Shown in pieces: positions 38,588-49,039 of a stretch of DNA of 64,000 nucleotides. Position numbers and translations under genes: made by a program. The DNA lies in the NCBI GenBank assembly GCA_963676835.2, contig CAXXFF010000002.1, positions 1 through 64,000 on the forward strand, in the 5' to 3' direction. The notes beneath the pieces were generated by a model. That model saw only the letters and a list, made by a program, of their open reading frames with translations. It was not told where the DNA came from and made no database searches. Within the stretch, counting starts at the first letter, position 1. Every line of letters starts with the position of its first letter. The DNA comes from Marispirochaeta sp. Lineage in GTDB: Bacteria; Spirochaetota; Spirochaetia; JC444; Marispirochaetaceae.

Positions 38588-40825
38588 TTACTCTTTGTCT
38601 GTTTCTTCGCCGGAATCAAGTCCGGGAAGATCCTGTTCATCAAGGGCATCTTCTTCACCAAGGGGAACAGATCCTGCGCTTTCCCCAAGGGTATGTTCCG
38701 ATTCAAGAACCTCTTCCTCAGAGAGGTAGAACTTCTTTGTCTCCTGCTGTACCTGCTGGATACTCTCGGTGTTTTCATCGGAAAGATCGACAATACTGGC
38801 AATGGCCTTGTTGATTTCGCCGGTTCCCCGGGCAATCTCCTCTATGGCGTTCTTAACTTCCTGACTGATGGCGTTAAGGCTGGTTATAACCTCAATAATC
38901 TGGGTATTACCCTGATTCATCTCCACCGAGCCGGAACGGACGGTGGTGGTTATATCCGTCATGCCGCTGAGAATGCTGAGGAGCTCCTCTCCACCAGAAG
39001 CCTGTTCTCCCATGGCGGAACGGATCTCTTCAAAGATCTGCTGTACTCCGGAGATGGAACCGGCAATTCGACCGAAGGCTTTGTCGGTCTCCGCGGATAT
39101 ATCCACAATATGCTTTACCGCCTGGGTCACATCCTTCAGACGTCCTTTGACAATCTTGGCCTGGTCCGAGGCGTTCTCCGCAAGGTTCCGGATTTCGTCG
39201 GCCACAACGGAGAATCCCGCTCCGGCGTCCCCTGCGTGAGCCGCTTCAATAGCAGCATTCATGGCCAGCAGGTTAGTCTGGGAGGCTATATTGGCAATAA
39301 CCGTATTGGCCTCGCCCAGGGCATCGGACATGCCGGAGATATCATTGATAAGGTTTACCATGTTATCCAGCTGCTCTTTTCCGTTGCGGGATACATCTTC
39401 AAGAACCCGAACCTCTCCGGCAGCTTTTTCAGTGGTGCTGCTGATAAGCCGGACACTCTGAACCATCTCTTCAACGGCGCTGGAAGACTGGGAAACACTC
39501 TCCGACTGTTTCTCGATTGAAGCTCCCAGGGATTCAATATTCTTGGTCATCTCCTCTACCGTAGCGGAGGTTTCGGTGATATTAACCGACTGATTGGCAA
39601 TCTGCCCGCGGGTGCTTTCGATATTGGCATTTATCTGATTTATGGCCGCCGCAGTCTGCTGTACGTTGGCAGACAGATCGTGACCGCCGCTTTCGAGAAC
39701 ATTCATACGCTCCCGAACCTGTTGTATAAGCAGAACCAGGTTGTGAACCAGACGGTTGAAACGCCGGCTGATATCGGAAAACTCATCGTTGCCTTTTTCC
39801 GGGATTTCTACAGTAAGGTTACCGGTGGACGCCACCTGCAGCAGCTGAGCCAGGCTGTGAACCCGACGGATAAGAAAGAGCCGGATAAACACCGTCAACA
39901 CCGCAATCATTAAAATGGCTGCAATGAGTCCGCTTCCCATGAGTACCTTGAGTATACTGATGGTAGGAGCCTGAATTTCCTCCTCATCCATGGTAACCGC
40001 GGCAATCCAGCCGGTATCACCCATGAGGGGACGGAAAACCAGGGCTTTTTCTCTTTTCTGATAGGTATAATTAACGGCATTCTCCTCGTTGTTATCCTGC
40101 TCAATTTCCTCCTGGATTTTTATATAAAAATCCTCACTGGAAATATCCTCACCGATAAGACCGGAATTAGGATGTGAAACGGTTATTCCTTCATTGGTAA
40201 CAACAATGGGGTAGCCGGTCTCGCCAAACTGCAAATTAGACAGATAGATGGAACTGAAAACTCTTAAGTCCAGAACAGCTATAAGGGTTCCAAGCTCCTG
40301 CCGGTCGGCATAGAGGCGCACCGCATAATAGATTACCGGATTACCGGTAAAAGGCGATTCCGATGGAATATAATCCGCAGGGTAGGCCGCTCCGCCGGCA
40401 ATTTCCTGCCAGATTCGGGTAGACCGGATACTGACTCCCACATGTTCATCCGCAGCGGCGGCTATAACCGTACCGGAGGTATCTACGATCAATGCAGCAT
40501 CAAGTATCTGCAGGTTGGAGTTAAGAATGCGAAGAAGCCCGGTAGCAGGATCCAGATTGCCGCTTTTTACTGAATCGGTATAGGTGCTGTTGAGAATATG
40601 GGCCCGGAGAATCCGTTCCACCAGTTTGGTCTGAAAACCGACAAGGCTCTCTATGGCGTTTACCTCGCTGTCGAAACTCTCTATCTGAATCTGATGTACA
40701 TCATCATCCAGTTTCTGGCTGACAATTAAGAGCATAATCCCAAGAATTACTACCAGAAGGATGGCTGTTATAATTGAAACCCTGGCGGAAATCCCCATGC
40801 GAAATCCTTTGGGCAGTCGAAGCAT
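38588..40825 (-). CDS. Methyl-accepting chemotaxis protein (Cache-HAMP-MCP)
   Basis: 2 TM, Cache-like periplasmic domain, QTNLLAMNAAIEAAHAGDAGAGFSVVADEIRNLAE; GGAGG RBS. Confidence 0.93.
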   Translation of the reverse strand: MLRLPKGFRMGISARVSIITAILLVVILGIMLLIVSQKLDDDVHQIQIESFDSEVNAIESLVGFQTKLVERILRAHILNSTYTDSVKSGNLDPATGLLRILNSNLQILDAALIVDTSGTVIAAAADEHVGVSIRSTRIWQEIAGGAAYPADYIPSESPFTGNPVIYYAVRLYADRQELGTLIAVLDLRVFSSIYLSNLQFGETGYPIVVTNEGITVSHPNSGLIGEDISSEDFYIKIQEEIEQDNNEENAVNYTYQKREKALVFRPLMGDTGWIAAVTMDEEEIQAPTISILKVLMGSGLIAAILMIAVLTVFIRLFLIRRVHSLAQLLQVASTGNLTVEIPEKGNDEFSDISRRFNRLVHNLVLLIQQVRERMNVLESGGHDLSANVQQTAAAINQINANIESTRGQIANQSVNITETSATVEEMTKNIESLGASIEKQSESVSQSSSAVEEMVQSVRLISSTTEKAAGEVRVLEDVSRNGKEQLDNMVNLINDISGMSDALGEANTVIANIASQTNLLAMNAAIEAAHAGDAGAGFSVVADEIRNLAENASDQAKIVKGRLKDVTQAVKHIVDISAETDKAFGRIAGSISGVQQIFEEIRSAMGEQASGGEELLSILSGMTDITTTVRSGSVEMNQGNTQIIEVITSLNAISQEVKNAIEEIARGTGEINKAIASIVDLSDENTESIQQVQQETKKFYLSEEEVLESEHTLGESAGSVPLGEEDALDEQDLPGLDSGEETDKE

Positions 40826-40993
40826 TGTATAGTCCTCCGTTAAGTCTTCGTTAGAACTATAAGTGTAATTCCAATGGCAACCGGGTGCAACCATAAAAAG
40901 CTTATATATTGAGTCATACTCCACCGGCAGACGCAAATAGAGAAATTTGGTATCGTCCGGATATACATCCTTACTTTATGAGAAAAGGATTCC

Positions 40994-43792
40994 ATGAAAA
41001 AACCGGTAATGTTTCGTTCCTTATACCTGTCCGCCCTGGTTCTTTTGAGCATTTGTATTGCACCGAAGCCCGCTCCACTCTCTGCACAGGTGCTTATGGC
41101 GGACTTCCCTGTTCTGCGCACCACCGGTGCCAGGTGGCTGAGCATTGAGACCGAACATTTTGAGATTGTGTATCCAGACGAGATGCAGCTGCAGGCGGAG
41201 CTCTCCGCCGAAGCACTGGAGCAAACAGCCGCCCTCTATAGTGAGGAGCTTAAGCTCACCGGTAAAAGCACCTTCACGGTTATCCTGGACCGTGCGGAGT
41301 TCACCCCCAACGGTTATGTGGTGATTCTTCCCCGGTCCAGCGTCTTCTACAGCCTCCCGGCGATAGATCAGAATATTGACTGGTATACCCTGCTTTCTGT
41401 TCACGAAGGCCGCCATATAGCCCAGATTAAGGCGGCAAACAGAGGAGTAACCCGGCTGCTGAATCTTGCCTTCGGCGATCAGGGACTGATACCCCTCTTC
41501 TTTGCCCCGGACTGGATATATGAAGGCGATGCGGTTATGGCGGAAACCCTCTATACAAACGGAGGACGGGGACGGAATCCCCTGTTTACCATGCCCGTAA
41601 AGGGGATGATTCTTGAGGATTCCATGCCCTCATATCAGACCATGATCCACGGATCCTATACGGGTCCCATGCCCAACGCCTACACCATGGGCTACCTGAT
41701 GTATGCCCACCTGCGGACGGCCTACACCAGGGATGCCCCCCGGCTGCTCGCCGAAGGCCTGGGCAGCCTGCCCCTGCCTCTGGCCGGAACCGCCCTGGGT
41801 ATGCACCGGGCGGCAGGAATTTCCGCATCCGATCTGTACAAAGAGAGTATTGAGACAGCCGCTTCCTTCTGGAGCAGCCAGGCCGCAATACTCCCTTCGG
41901 GAAGCAGCGTGCCGTTTATTCCCGATGATGAAGAACACCGTACTGAATACAGTATACAGCGGGAGCTTCACTACCTGAAAAACGGGAACATGGCAGTTTG
42001 GCAGTACAGTTATGCCCGGGGAAACGAGATTCTCCTGCTAAACAGAAGCGGCGAAGAACTTCAGCGTATTACCGCTTCACCCCACAGCGCCATGAGTGCC
42101 GGGGGAGGGTTTATTGCCTGGGATCAGCACCGCTCAGACCTGAAGTTCAGCGAATCATCCAACCGGATTCTGCTCTATTCTGCGGACACGGGAGAAACCC
42201 GGGCCGTTACCGGGTGGGGACGGGTTCTGAGTCCGGCATTAAACAGCAGTGGTAAATATCTTGCCTGTATAAACTGGAGCACAGACCAGAGAGGTACTCT
42301 CACCATAATGGAAACCGAAAACGGCACAGTTCTTTATGAGTGGCCCCTCCCGAAGGGTGAGTTCTGGCAGGAACTGGACTGGTCGGAGGATGACAAGAGC
42401 ATCTACTATCTGGCAACAGGCTCCTTCGGGCAGTATATCGGCAGTATAGAGACCGAAAGCGGCAGACATATCTCCATAGAGCACGGGGGAGAATATGTAT
42501 TCCGAACCCCCAGGTCGATTCCCGGAGGGCTCCTCTACACAGCATCCTATTCGGGGGTACCCGCAGTCTACCGCCTGATGAAAACTTCAAACGGATGGAC
42601 AGAGGGAGAACCGGAGCTCCTGTATCACGGACTAAGCGGCTCCTGGTCAGCGGAACTCTCCCCGGATCCGGATAAAAGGGGTATCGTTTTTATCGATTAC
42701 ACCGGCCGCAAAGGAAGCAGCATCAGATATGCCTCCCTGGAAAACTCAGGGATTCCCCTGAACGAAGTACCGGTGGTGAAGGAAGAGTTTTACCGTCCGC
42801 TGCTGGATCCACAAGCACAACCTGTTGCAGAGCAGAGCCCCATGCCGCAGTACAATCCGAAGGAATATTATTTCGGGTTAAACGGTCTGAAGCTCCACTC
42901 ATGGACTCTGCTTCCCCGCTCCGCTGACGTGCTGGATGAGCCTTCGGTGGGGCTGACCCTCCGTGCTGATTCGGTGGCTCATACATGGGCGCACGAAGCT
43001 GACTTTCTATGGAACGTTAATGAAGAGACCTTTTCTACCGCCTACACCCTTACCTACCGGGCACTGCGGCCGGATATTTCCCTTGGTACAGTCCTTGAAA
43101 ACAGAAGAACCGGAACTGAAGAATGGACGGAACTCTTCGGCAATGCCTCCATCAGCCTGCCCCTGGGAAAGTCTTACGGAACCCACAGCTGGAGCTTCGA
43201 ACCGGGAGTAGAGATTTCCGCCACAACAGAGCTTGATGAGCAGAATGATAATCCGGAAACTGCGGCAGCACTGACTCTGAACACCGGGATTACCGGCCCC
43301 TCATCCATGCAGAGCCTGCAGTCCCGCTGGGGGCTTCTAAGCGAAAATTACTATAATCCAGACGGGCACCTCTACTCCGGAGCAGCCCTGCTTCTGCCGG
43401 GTATAACCTTTCCCCAGGGTCTGCGCTTTACCGGCTTCTACGAAGAGAACAGCCTGGAAGAAAGTTCCTATGTTCCCTTTCCCCGGGGATGGGCTTATGA
43501 AAAACTGGAAAGGCTCTGGTCTGCCCGCAGCGACTACCGGCTGCCTCTGGGCTATCCGGATATTTCCTTAGGCAATTTCGCCACCCTTAAACGGGTTAGG
43601 GGAAAACTGTACGGAGACATGCTGGGAGATATGGATTCGGGAGATCTGTACCGTTCCGCCGGAGGAGAAATCAACTTTGACTTTCATCTCCTCCAGCTGC
43701 CGGTGGAACTATCCGCGGGAATCCGCCTCTTCTACCAGGTGGAGACGGAAAAGGCGGGGTTTCAGTTCCTGCTACTCGGCGGAGGAATCTGA
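40994..43792 (+). CDS. Exported gluzincin-like peptidase + TolB-like propeller + probable C-terminal beta-barrel
   Basis: Signal peptide; HEGRH...WIYEGDA; propeller-like repeats (SPALNSSGKYLA, WSEDDKSIYY); beta-strand-rich C-terminus. Confidence 0.7.
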   Translation: MKKPVMFRSLYLSALVLLSICIAPKPAPLSAQVLMADFPVLRTTGARWLSIETEHFEIVYPDEMQLQAELSAEALEQTAALYSEELKLTGKSTFTVILDRAEFTPNGYVVILPRSSVFYSLPAIDQNIDWYTLLSVHEGRHIAQIKAANRGVTRLLNLAFGDQGLIPLFFAPDWIYEGDAVMAETLYTNGGRGRNPLFTMPVKGMILEDSMPSYQTMIHGSYTGPMPNAYTMGYLMYAHLRTAYTRDAPRLLAEGLGSLPLPLAGTALGMHRAAGISASDLYKESIETAASFWSSQAAILPSGSSVPFIPDDEEHRTEYSIQRELHYLKNGNMAVWQYSYARGNEILLLNRSGEELQRITASPHSAMSAGGGFIAWDQHRSDLKFSESSNRILLYSADTGETRAVTGWGRVLSPALNSSGKYLACINWSTDQRGTLTIMETENGTVLYEWPLPKGEFWQELDWSEDDKSIYYLATGSFGQYIGSIETESGRHISIEHGGEYVFRTPRSIPGGLLYTASYSGVPAVYRLMKTSNGWTEGEPELLYHGLSGSWSAELSPDPDKRGIVFIDYTGRKGSSIRYASLENSGIPLNEVPVVKEEFYRPLLDPQAQPVAEQSPMPQYNPKEYYFGLNGLKLHSWTLLPRSADVLDEPSVGLTLRADSVAHTWAHEADFLWNVNEETFSTAYTLTYRALRPDISLGTVLENRRTGTEEWTELFGNASISLPLGKSYGTHSWSFEPGVEISATTELDEQNDNPETAAALTLNTGITGPSSMQSLQSRWGLLSENYYNPDGHLYSGAALLLPGITFPQGLRFTGFYEENSLEESSYVPFPRGWAYEKLERLWSARSDYRLPLGYPDISLGNFATLKRVRGKLYGDMLGDMDSGDLYRSAGGEINFDFHLLQLPVELSAGIRLFYQVETEKAGFQFLLLGGGI

Positions 43793-45424
43793 AGCGAAAT
43801 CTTCAACTACCCGAAGAACCTCAGGCAAAAGCTGTTTTTTCCGGCTCAGTATGCCCGGGAGATAAAACTCATTGGGAGCAGTCTTCTTATAGATTAGCTT
43901 CTTGTCTGCTGCAAAGCCGCTGGAAAAGAGCACACTTTCTGCCTTCATTACATCCGAGACCAGGAGCATAACCCAATCCAGACTCTTCTCTGCAGCGGCT
44001 TTCTCGACCACAGCTACAAGGTTGTCGCGAATCTCCGGCAGATCCTCAAGGGTAACAACCTCCGCCTGGCCGATCCCGAAGCGGATGCCCTTTTCATCGT
44101 AGATCTTGAAATCAGAATTGAGAACCTCTTCGGGATTCCGGTTGCGGATGGAGCTTGAGTGGGTAAAAAGATCCTGGCCCCAGACCTTCCATTCAACCTC
44201 GGCAATACGGCTCAACTCCTCTACAGCCCGGACCTCTGCATCGGTTGTGGTGGGGGACTTGAGCATAACCGTATCTGCAAGTATTCCCGCAAGCATAAGG
44301 GATGCAACATGTTTCTCGATTGTAATGCCCCGGTAGAGGTACTCGTGGTAGACGATGGTACAGGTGCTGCCCACGGGTTCCATTTTCAGGGTAATGGGCT
44401 CCCGGGTCTTTTCAAAACCGAGGCGGTGATGATCCACCACCTCCAGAATCTTTGCCTCTTCCGCACCGGGAACGCTCTGGGCAATCTCATTATGATCAAC
44501 CAGAATCAGGCAGCGCTGAGGCTTGCCGATAAAACAGCGGCGGGTAACAATTCCGGAAAACTGGTCTCCCTCAAAAACCGGAAGACCGCGGTAGTCGGAA
44601 TTCACCAGTCTGGATTTAGCCACCTCGTAGTTTTCATCGCTCTGTACGGTAACCGGTTCGCTGTTGAGAATATCCTTAACCGGAGCGGAAAGCCTTAAGA
44701 GCCGGACAGTTTCGGCGGTATCTATATGAGAGACATAAACCGAACCCTTGTAGGAGGAGAAATCCACGGGAATAGCCCGGTCATCCTCCATACCGGTAAG
44801 AATAATTGCGGGGAACTCGTTTTCCACGGCATAGGAGATAATATCCTCCCGAAGCCCCACTATCAGAATGGGTTTAACATCCCCCAACTCCCGGATCCGC
44901 TGAATGCTTATCTCGTAGGGCATGGCTCCGATCATAATCGGGGCGGAAAACTCCCGGTCCTGACCTATGCGGTAGAAATAGCCGGGGACAACATCTTTGA
45001 AGTTATCCATAAGAAAACGGTAAGCCGGCCGGGTGTGCAGATTATCGCTCATAAGAAAGCGGGTTATCTCGTGGATACTTACAATGCCCTTGAACTCGTG
45101 CATGTCTTCAAAGACGGGGATCATGCTCAGGGTGCGTTCATCCAGCTCTTTTATGGCGGTATAGACCGGGTCGGTGATATCCAGGGTAATAACATCCCGC
45201 TTGGCCACATCCGCAACCTTGGGATAGACATCCTTTACCAGAGCTGGCGGCTCAACCCCGATGCTGTCGAAGACATACCGGGTCTGCTTATTGAGGGCGC
45301 CGCAGCGGATGGGTACATACCGCTTTTCTTTATCAATACTGTTCTTGAGCTCCGCATAGCAGTAGGCGGAACAGACGGAATCCATGTCGGGGTTCCGGTG
45401 TCCCGTAATATAGACTGTATTCAT
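43772..45424 (-). CDS. ppaC: Mn-dependent inorganic pyrophosphatase with CBS/DRTGG insert
   Basis: GHRNPDMDS, LVDHNE, VDHH, GILADT, SRKKQLLP. Confidence 0.92.
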   Translation of the reverse strand: MNTVYITGHRNPDMDSVCSAYCYAELKNSIDKEKRYVPIRCGALNKQTRYVFDSIGVEPPALVKDVYPKVADVAKRDVITLDITDPVYTAIKELDERTLSMIPVFEDMHEFKGIVSIHEITRFLMSDNLHTRPAYRFLMDNFKDVVPGYFYRIGQDREFSAPIMIGAMPYEISIQRIRELGDVKPILIVGLREDIISYAVENEFPAIILTGMEDDRAIPVDFSSYKGSVYVSHIDTAETVRLLRLSAPVKDILNSEPVTVQSDENYEVAKSRLVNSDYRGLPVFEGDQFSGIVTRRCFIGKPQRCLILVDHNEIAQSVPGAEEAKILEVVDHHRLGFEKTREPITLKMEPVGSTCTIVYHEYLYRGITIEKHVASLMLAGILADTVMLKSPTTTDAEVRAVEELSRIAEVEWKVWGQDLFTHSSSIRNRNPEEVLNSDFKIYDEKGIRFGIGQAEVVTLEDLPEIRDNLVAVVEKAAAEKSLDWVMLLVSDVMKAESVLFSSGFAADKKLIYKKTAPNEFYLPGILSRKKQLLPEVLRVVEDFASDSSAE

Positions 45425-45482
45425 ACGGGAACACTATAAACCTGCCGGTACCCCATGACAAGATTGGAACGAAAAAATATGC

Positions 45483-45875
45483 CTACTCGTCGGAAGGGTT
45501 ATCCATTCCTATGCCGGTTATCAGGACAAGCTGGGTATCATCCAGCGCTGCCTTCGACGAAGCCGTGCAATTTAACGTAACAGAACGTGTCGTTGAGCTG
45601 CCGGAACTCAGATAAAACTCTGAAGACCAGCCGGATGCATCAATACTTGAGTTGTTATCATAGTCTGCTTCAAAGTAAAAGCGCAGATCGGGGATATCAA
45701 AATCACCTTCGTTATCAACGTAATAGGTAATAACGATATCACCAGGAAGAGTAGTGTGTGAAACACTTACCACGTAATACTCAAGCTGAAGTTCCGAGTT
45801 GGGTTCCAGAATACATCCACTCAGTACAACTGCTGCTACCACTGAAAGCAGCAGCCCTTTTACAAACTTGTTCAT
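45483..45875 (-). CDS. Lipoprotein, unknown function
   Basis: Lipobox LSGC; GAGG RBS. Confidence 0.75.
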   Translation of the reverse strand: MNKFVKGLLLSVVAAVVLSGCILEPNSELQLEYYVVSVSHTTLPGDIVITYYVDNEGDFDIPDLRFYFEADYDNNSSIDASGWSSEFYLSSGSSTTRSVTLNCTASSKAALDDTQLVLITGIGMDNPSDE

Positions 45876-45993
45876 ATTAAATACCTCGCATAAGAACGAT
45901 ATTGTTCACTTTTTGAACACTTAAAGCATACATCAGTGTTACAAAATTTCAAGGTTGGAGAATAAAAAAATCCAACAACCTTTTGTATTATTT

Positions 45994-46003
45994 TTGTATA
46001 CAA
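45994..46003. promoter_or_regulatory. Candidate GntR/FadR-type operator
   Basis: Palindrome TTGTATACAA next to TTGACG upstream of the Ldh_2 gene. Confidence 0.45.
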
Positions 46004-46059
46004 TTGACGTACCATCGTATCTGACTTACAATACAGGGACCACACAAAAGGAGTACATT

Positions 46060-47130
46060 ATGCCAGGAGTAGAAGGCGGAATAATCTTTCCCGCAGAAGA
46101 ACTGCGGAGCTGGACAGAGAAGATTTTCGAGAAAGCAGGCGTTCCAGCCAAAGATGCAGTGCTGGTCACCGATTCCCTTATTGAAGCAAACCTCCGGGGA
46201 GTAGATACCCACGGAATAACCAGAATGCTTAAGGTCTATGTGGACCGGATAAAAGCAGGCGTAATGAAGGCCGAAACAAAGTGTGACATTGTCAGAGAGA
46301 AGGCATCTACCGCACTGATCGACTGCAATAACGGTGTCGGCCAGGTTGCCTCCCACTTTGCCATGGATACAGCCATAGAGAAGGCTAAAACCACCGGAAC
46401 CGCCTTTGTGGCCACCACCCACTCCAACCATTTCGGCGCCGGAGCCTACTGGGCCATGAAAGCCCTTGAACACGGCATGATCGGCTTTGCCTGTACCAAC
46501 GGCCCCGCCTCCTTTGCTCCCACCGGCGGAACCTATCCAATGCTTGGAACCAACCCCTTCGCCGTTGCCATCCCGGCAGGCAAAGAGCTGCCCTTCGTCC
46601 TGGACCTGGCAACCACCGTGGTAGCCCGGGGACGGGTTATACTTCATGCAAAGCAGAATCTTCCCCTTCAGCCCGGCTGGGCCCTGGACGAAAAAGGCCG
46701 GCCCACAACCGATCCCCATGAGGCGGTGAAGGGCCTTCTGGCCCCCATCGGCGGCTATAAAGGGTACGGCATTGCCCTGGCCATTGATATTATCTCCGGC
46801 ATAATGACCGGCTCCAACTACGGAACTCACTTCCCCGGATTCCTTGCGGACAATATGGAAGATCCTTCCGATATTGGAAGCATCTTTGCAGCCATCAGCA
46901 TCGACAGCTTTATGGATCTGCCGGAATTCACCGCCGGCATCGATAAAGCCATTCAGGAGATCAAAGCCTGCCCCAAAGCCGAAGGTGTAGAGAAGATCTA
47001 CATTCCCGGAGAGATCGAAGCGGGTATCCGGGCAGAACGCCTGAAAGAGGGAATTCCCCTGCCGGAAGCGGTGGTGGAAGATTTTGCCGCCCTTGGAAAT
47101 ACCATGGGAATTGCCTTTCCCTCTCATTAA
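46060..47130 (+). CDS. Ldh_2 family (malate/L-lactate/sulfolactate-type) dehydrogenase
   Basis: GVDTHG, HSNHFG, GTNP, LDLAT, GGYKGYG, YIPGE. Confidence 0.9.
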   Translation: MPGVEGGIIFPAEELRSWTEKIFEKAGVPAKDAVLVTDSLIEANLRGVDTHGITRMLKVYVDRIKAGVMKAETKCDIVREKASTALIDCNNGVGQVASHFAMDTAIEKAKTTGTAFVATTHSNHFGAGAYWAMKALEHGMIGFACTNGPASFAPTGGTYPMLGTNPFAVAIPAGKELPFVLDLATTVVARGRVILHAKQNLPLQPGWALDEKGRPTTDPHEAVKGLLAPIGGYKGYGIALAIDIISGIMTGSNYGTHFPGFLADNMEDPSDIGSIFAAISIDSFMDLPEFTAGIDKAIQEIKACPKAEGVEKIYIPGEIEAGIRAERLKEGIPLPEAVVEDFAALGNTMGIAFPSH

Positions 47131-47178
47131 TTTGTGACCTCCCGGTAGACGTCCTCCTCGTTTTACCGGTTTATGCCT

Positions 47179-47220
47179 CCCCGGGACTGCTTTGTAGCCG
47201 GCAGTCCCGGGGTTTTCTTT
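47179..47220 (+). terminator. Rho-independent terminator
   Basis: CCCCGGGACTGC...GCAGTCCCGGGG then TTTTCTTT. Confidence 0.85.
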
Positions 47221-47351
47221 TATCAGTTTTCTTTTCCCACCCTGCTATTGCAATCTGTTCTCAATATTTATACACTGATCCCGATCTGAGGAACCGGCTT
47301 TATCCCTGTTCCAAGGAGAAATCTTTATATCTGATCCAAAGGTAGGAACTG

Positions 47352-48149
47352 ATGGAGAAGAACCCCGTGTCCTCTGAGAAGAACTCTGCCGGCAGCAGAT
47401 CTATGCTTCAGATACTGCCGGTTCCGGCACTGATAGTCAGCATATACTGCCTGGTAAGTGCCTCAGGGATGGTTAGCCCATACCTCATACCCCCTCCAGA
47501 AAGGCTGCTTGCAAGCTTGCTCCGTCTTGCTTCAGACGGAACCCTGCTCATGCACATTGTCTCATCCTTCCGCAGGGTGTGCTTCGGATTTTGTGCTACC
47601 CTGCTCACCGCCATTCCCCTTGCAGGGCTCTTCTATTTTTCACCCCGTTACAGCGGCTTTCTCAAGGGAACAGTTCACCTTATGCAGAGCATTCCTCCCC
47701 TGGCCATGGTTCCCCTGCTGATCCTCTGGTTCGGCATCGGCGAAAGTTCCAAGATTGTGCTGATCATTCTTGCATCGTTCTTTCCGGTTTTTCTCAATAC
47801 CCTGAGCGGCCTTAATCAGGTTTCTCCCCAGCTCCTTGAGATGGGGAAAACACTGGAGCTGACTCCTTTCCAGAGTGTTGTACATATTCTTCTTCCCGAA
47901 GCCCTGCCCACCATACTCACCGGCATACGCATTGCCTTCGGATACAGCTGGAGAGCCCTTATCGGCGCGGAGATGATAGCCTCCTCAAGCGGTCTGGGCT
48001 ACATGATTCTTGATGCCCAGGAGATGGCCCGCACCGACCGAGTAGTTATCGGCATACTGACCATTGGCTTCCTCGGACTGGTGTTTGACAGCCTTTCGTT
48101 CCGCTGTATCCGCCGCTTTTTCCCCTGGATTCAGGAGGACGGCCTGTGA
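47352..48149 (+). CDS. ABC permease, NitT/TauT/SsuC family
   Basis: IPPLAMVPLLILWFGIGE, WRALIGAEM. Confidence 0.9.
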   Translation: MEKNPVSSEKNSAGSRSMLQILPVPALIVSIYCLVSASGMVSPYLIPPPERLLASLLRLASDGTLLMHIVSSFRRVCFGFCATLLTAIPLAGLFYFSPRYSGFLKGTVHLMQSIPPLAMVPLLILWFGIGESSKIVLIILASFFPVFLNTLSGLNQVSPQLLEMGKTLELTPFQSVVHILLPEALPTILTGIRIAFGYSWRALIGAEMIASSSGLGYMILDAQEMARTDRVVIGILTIGFLGLVFDSLSFRCIRRFFPWIQEDGL

Positions 48150-49039
48150 TGGAACAATTGTCTACCACATCACCCTCTATTACCGACTCATATAAAGGTT
48201 GCAAACCTCATGAAGGACACAAAGGACACAAAGGACAGAAAAACAGTCTTCTGAAAATTGAATCACTCTCCACGACCTTTCATATTCCCGGAACCCGGAT
48301 AACAGCCCTGAAAGATTTCAGCTGCACCATAGAGGCCGGAGAGTTTGTAACCCTGGTGGGTCATTCCGGCTGCGGGAAAAGCACCCTGCTGAAAACCATT
48401 ATGGGCCTACAGCAGCCCGATTCCGGGTGTATCGGTTTTTCCGGAATGGAAGGACGCTCTGCCATGGTCTTTCAGGAGCCGCGGCTTTTGTCTGCAAAAA
48501 CAGTTGAGAAAAATCTCCGCCTGGCTCTTAAACACCGAAAAAGCAGGGCCGGTGCGGATGAGGTGATAAACAGAACCCTTTCCATGCTGGGATTGTCCCC
48601 TTTCCGGCAGGCTTACCCCTCTCAGCTTTCCGGAGGAATGGCTCAGAGAGTAGCCCTTGGCCGGGCCCTCTGCCGGGAGCCGGAACTCCTGCTTATGGAC
48701 GAGCCTTTTGCAAGCCTTGACGCCCTGACAAGAGGCTGCCTGCAGGAGGAGCTCTCCGAAATACACCGGAAAAGCGGTGCAACCGTACTGTTTGTTACCC
48801 ACGATATCCGGGAGGCCCTCATTTTAGGCTCCCGGCTGCTGATAATGGCGTCCGGCTGCCTTATTCAGGATCTTGCAGTGGATCTCCCGTTTCCCAGAAA
48901 TCCCTCCTCCCGGGATTTCAATCATCTCTACGACACAGTTATCACCAGCCTGCATGCCAGCCAGCAAAACAGGAAAAACCCGGAGGAAAATCCGGATATT
49001 TCAATAATTCAATCACCTTCAGGAGTACCCCATGTCTAA
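48146..49039 (+). CDS. ABC ATP-binding protein, NitT/TauT/SsuB family
   Basis: GHSGCGKS, LSGGMAQR, MDEPF, VTHD. Confidence 0.92.
   Translation: MMEQLSTTSPSITDSYKGCKPHEGHKGHKGQKNSLLKIESLSTTFHIPGTRITALKDFSCTIEAGEFVTLVGHSGCGKSTLLKTIMGLQQPDSGCIGFSGMEGRSAMVFQEPRLLSAKTVEKNLRLALKHRKSRAGADEVINRTLSMLGLSPFRQAYPSQLSGGMAQRVALGRALCREPELLLMDEPFASLDALTRGCLQEELSEIHRKSGATVLFVTHDIREALILGSRLLIMASGCLIQDLAVDLPFPRNPSSRDFNHLYDTVITSLHASQQNRKNPEENPDISIIQSPSGVPHV

Noticed and set aside
38567..39520. 317-aa plus-strand ORF
   Set aside because: Antisense shadow of the MCP signalling domain.
45988..47127. 379-aa minus-strand ORF
   Set aside because: Antisense shadow of the Ldh_2 gene; no motifs.
47240..47351. Possible riboswitch (TPP/SAM) before the ABC operon
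   Set aside because: No recognisable conserved aptamer motifs; an Rfam cmscan would settle it.
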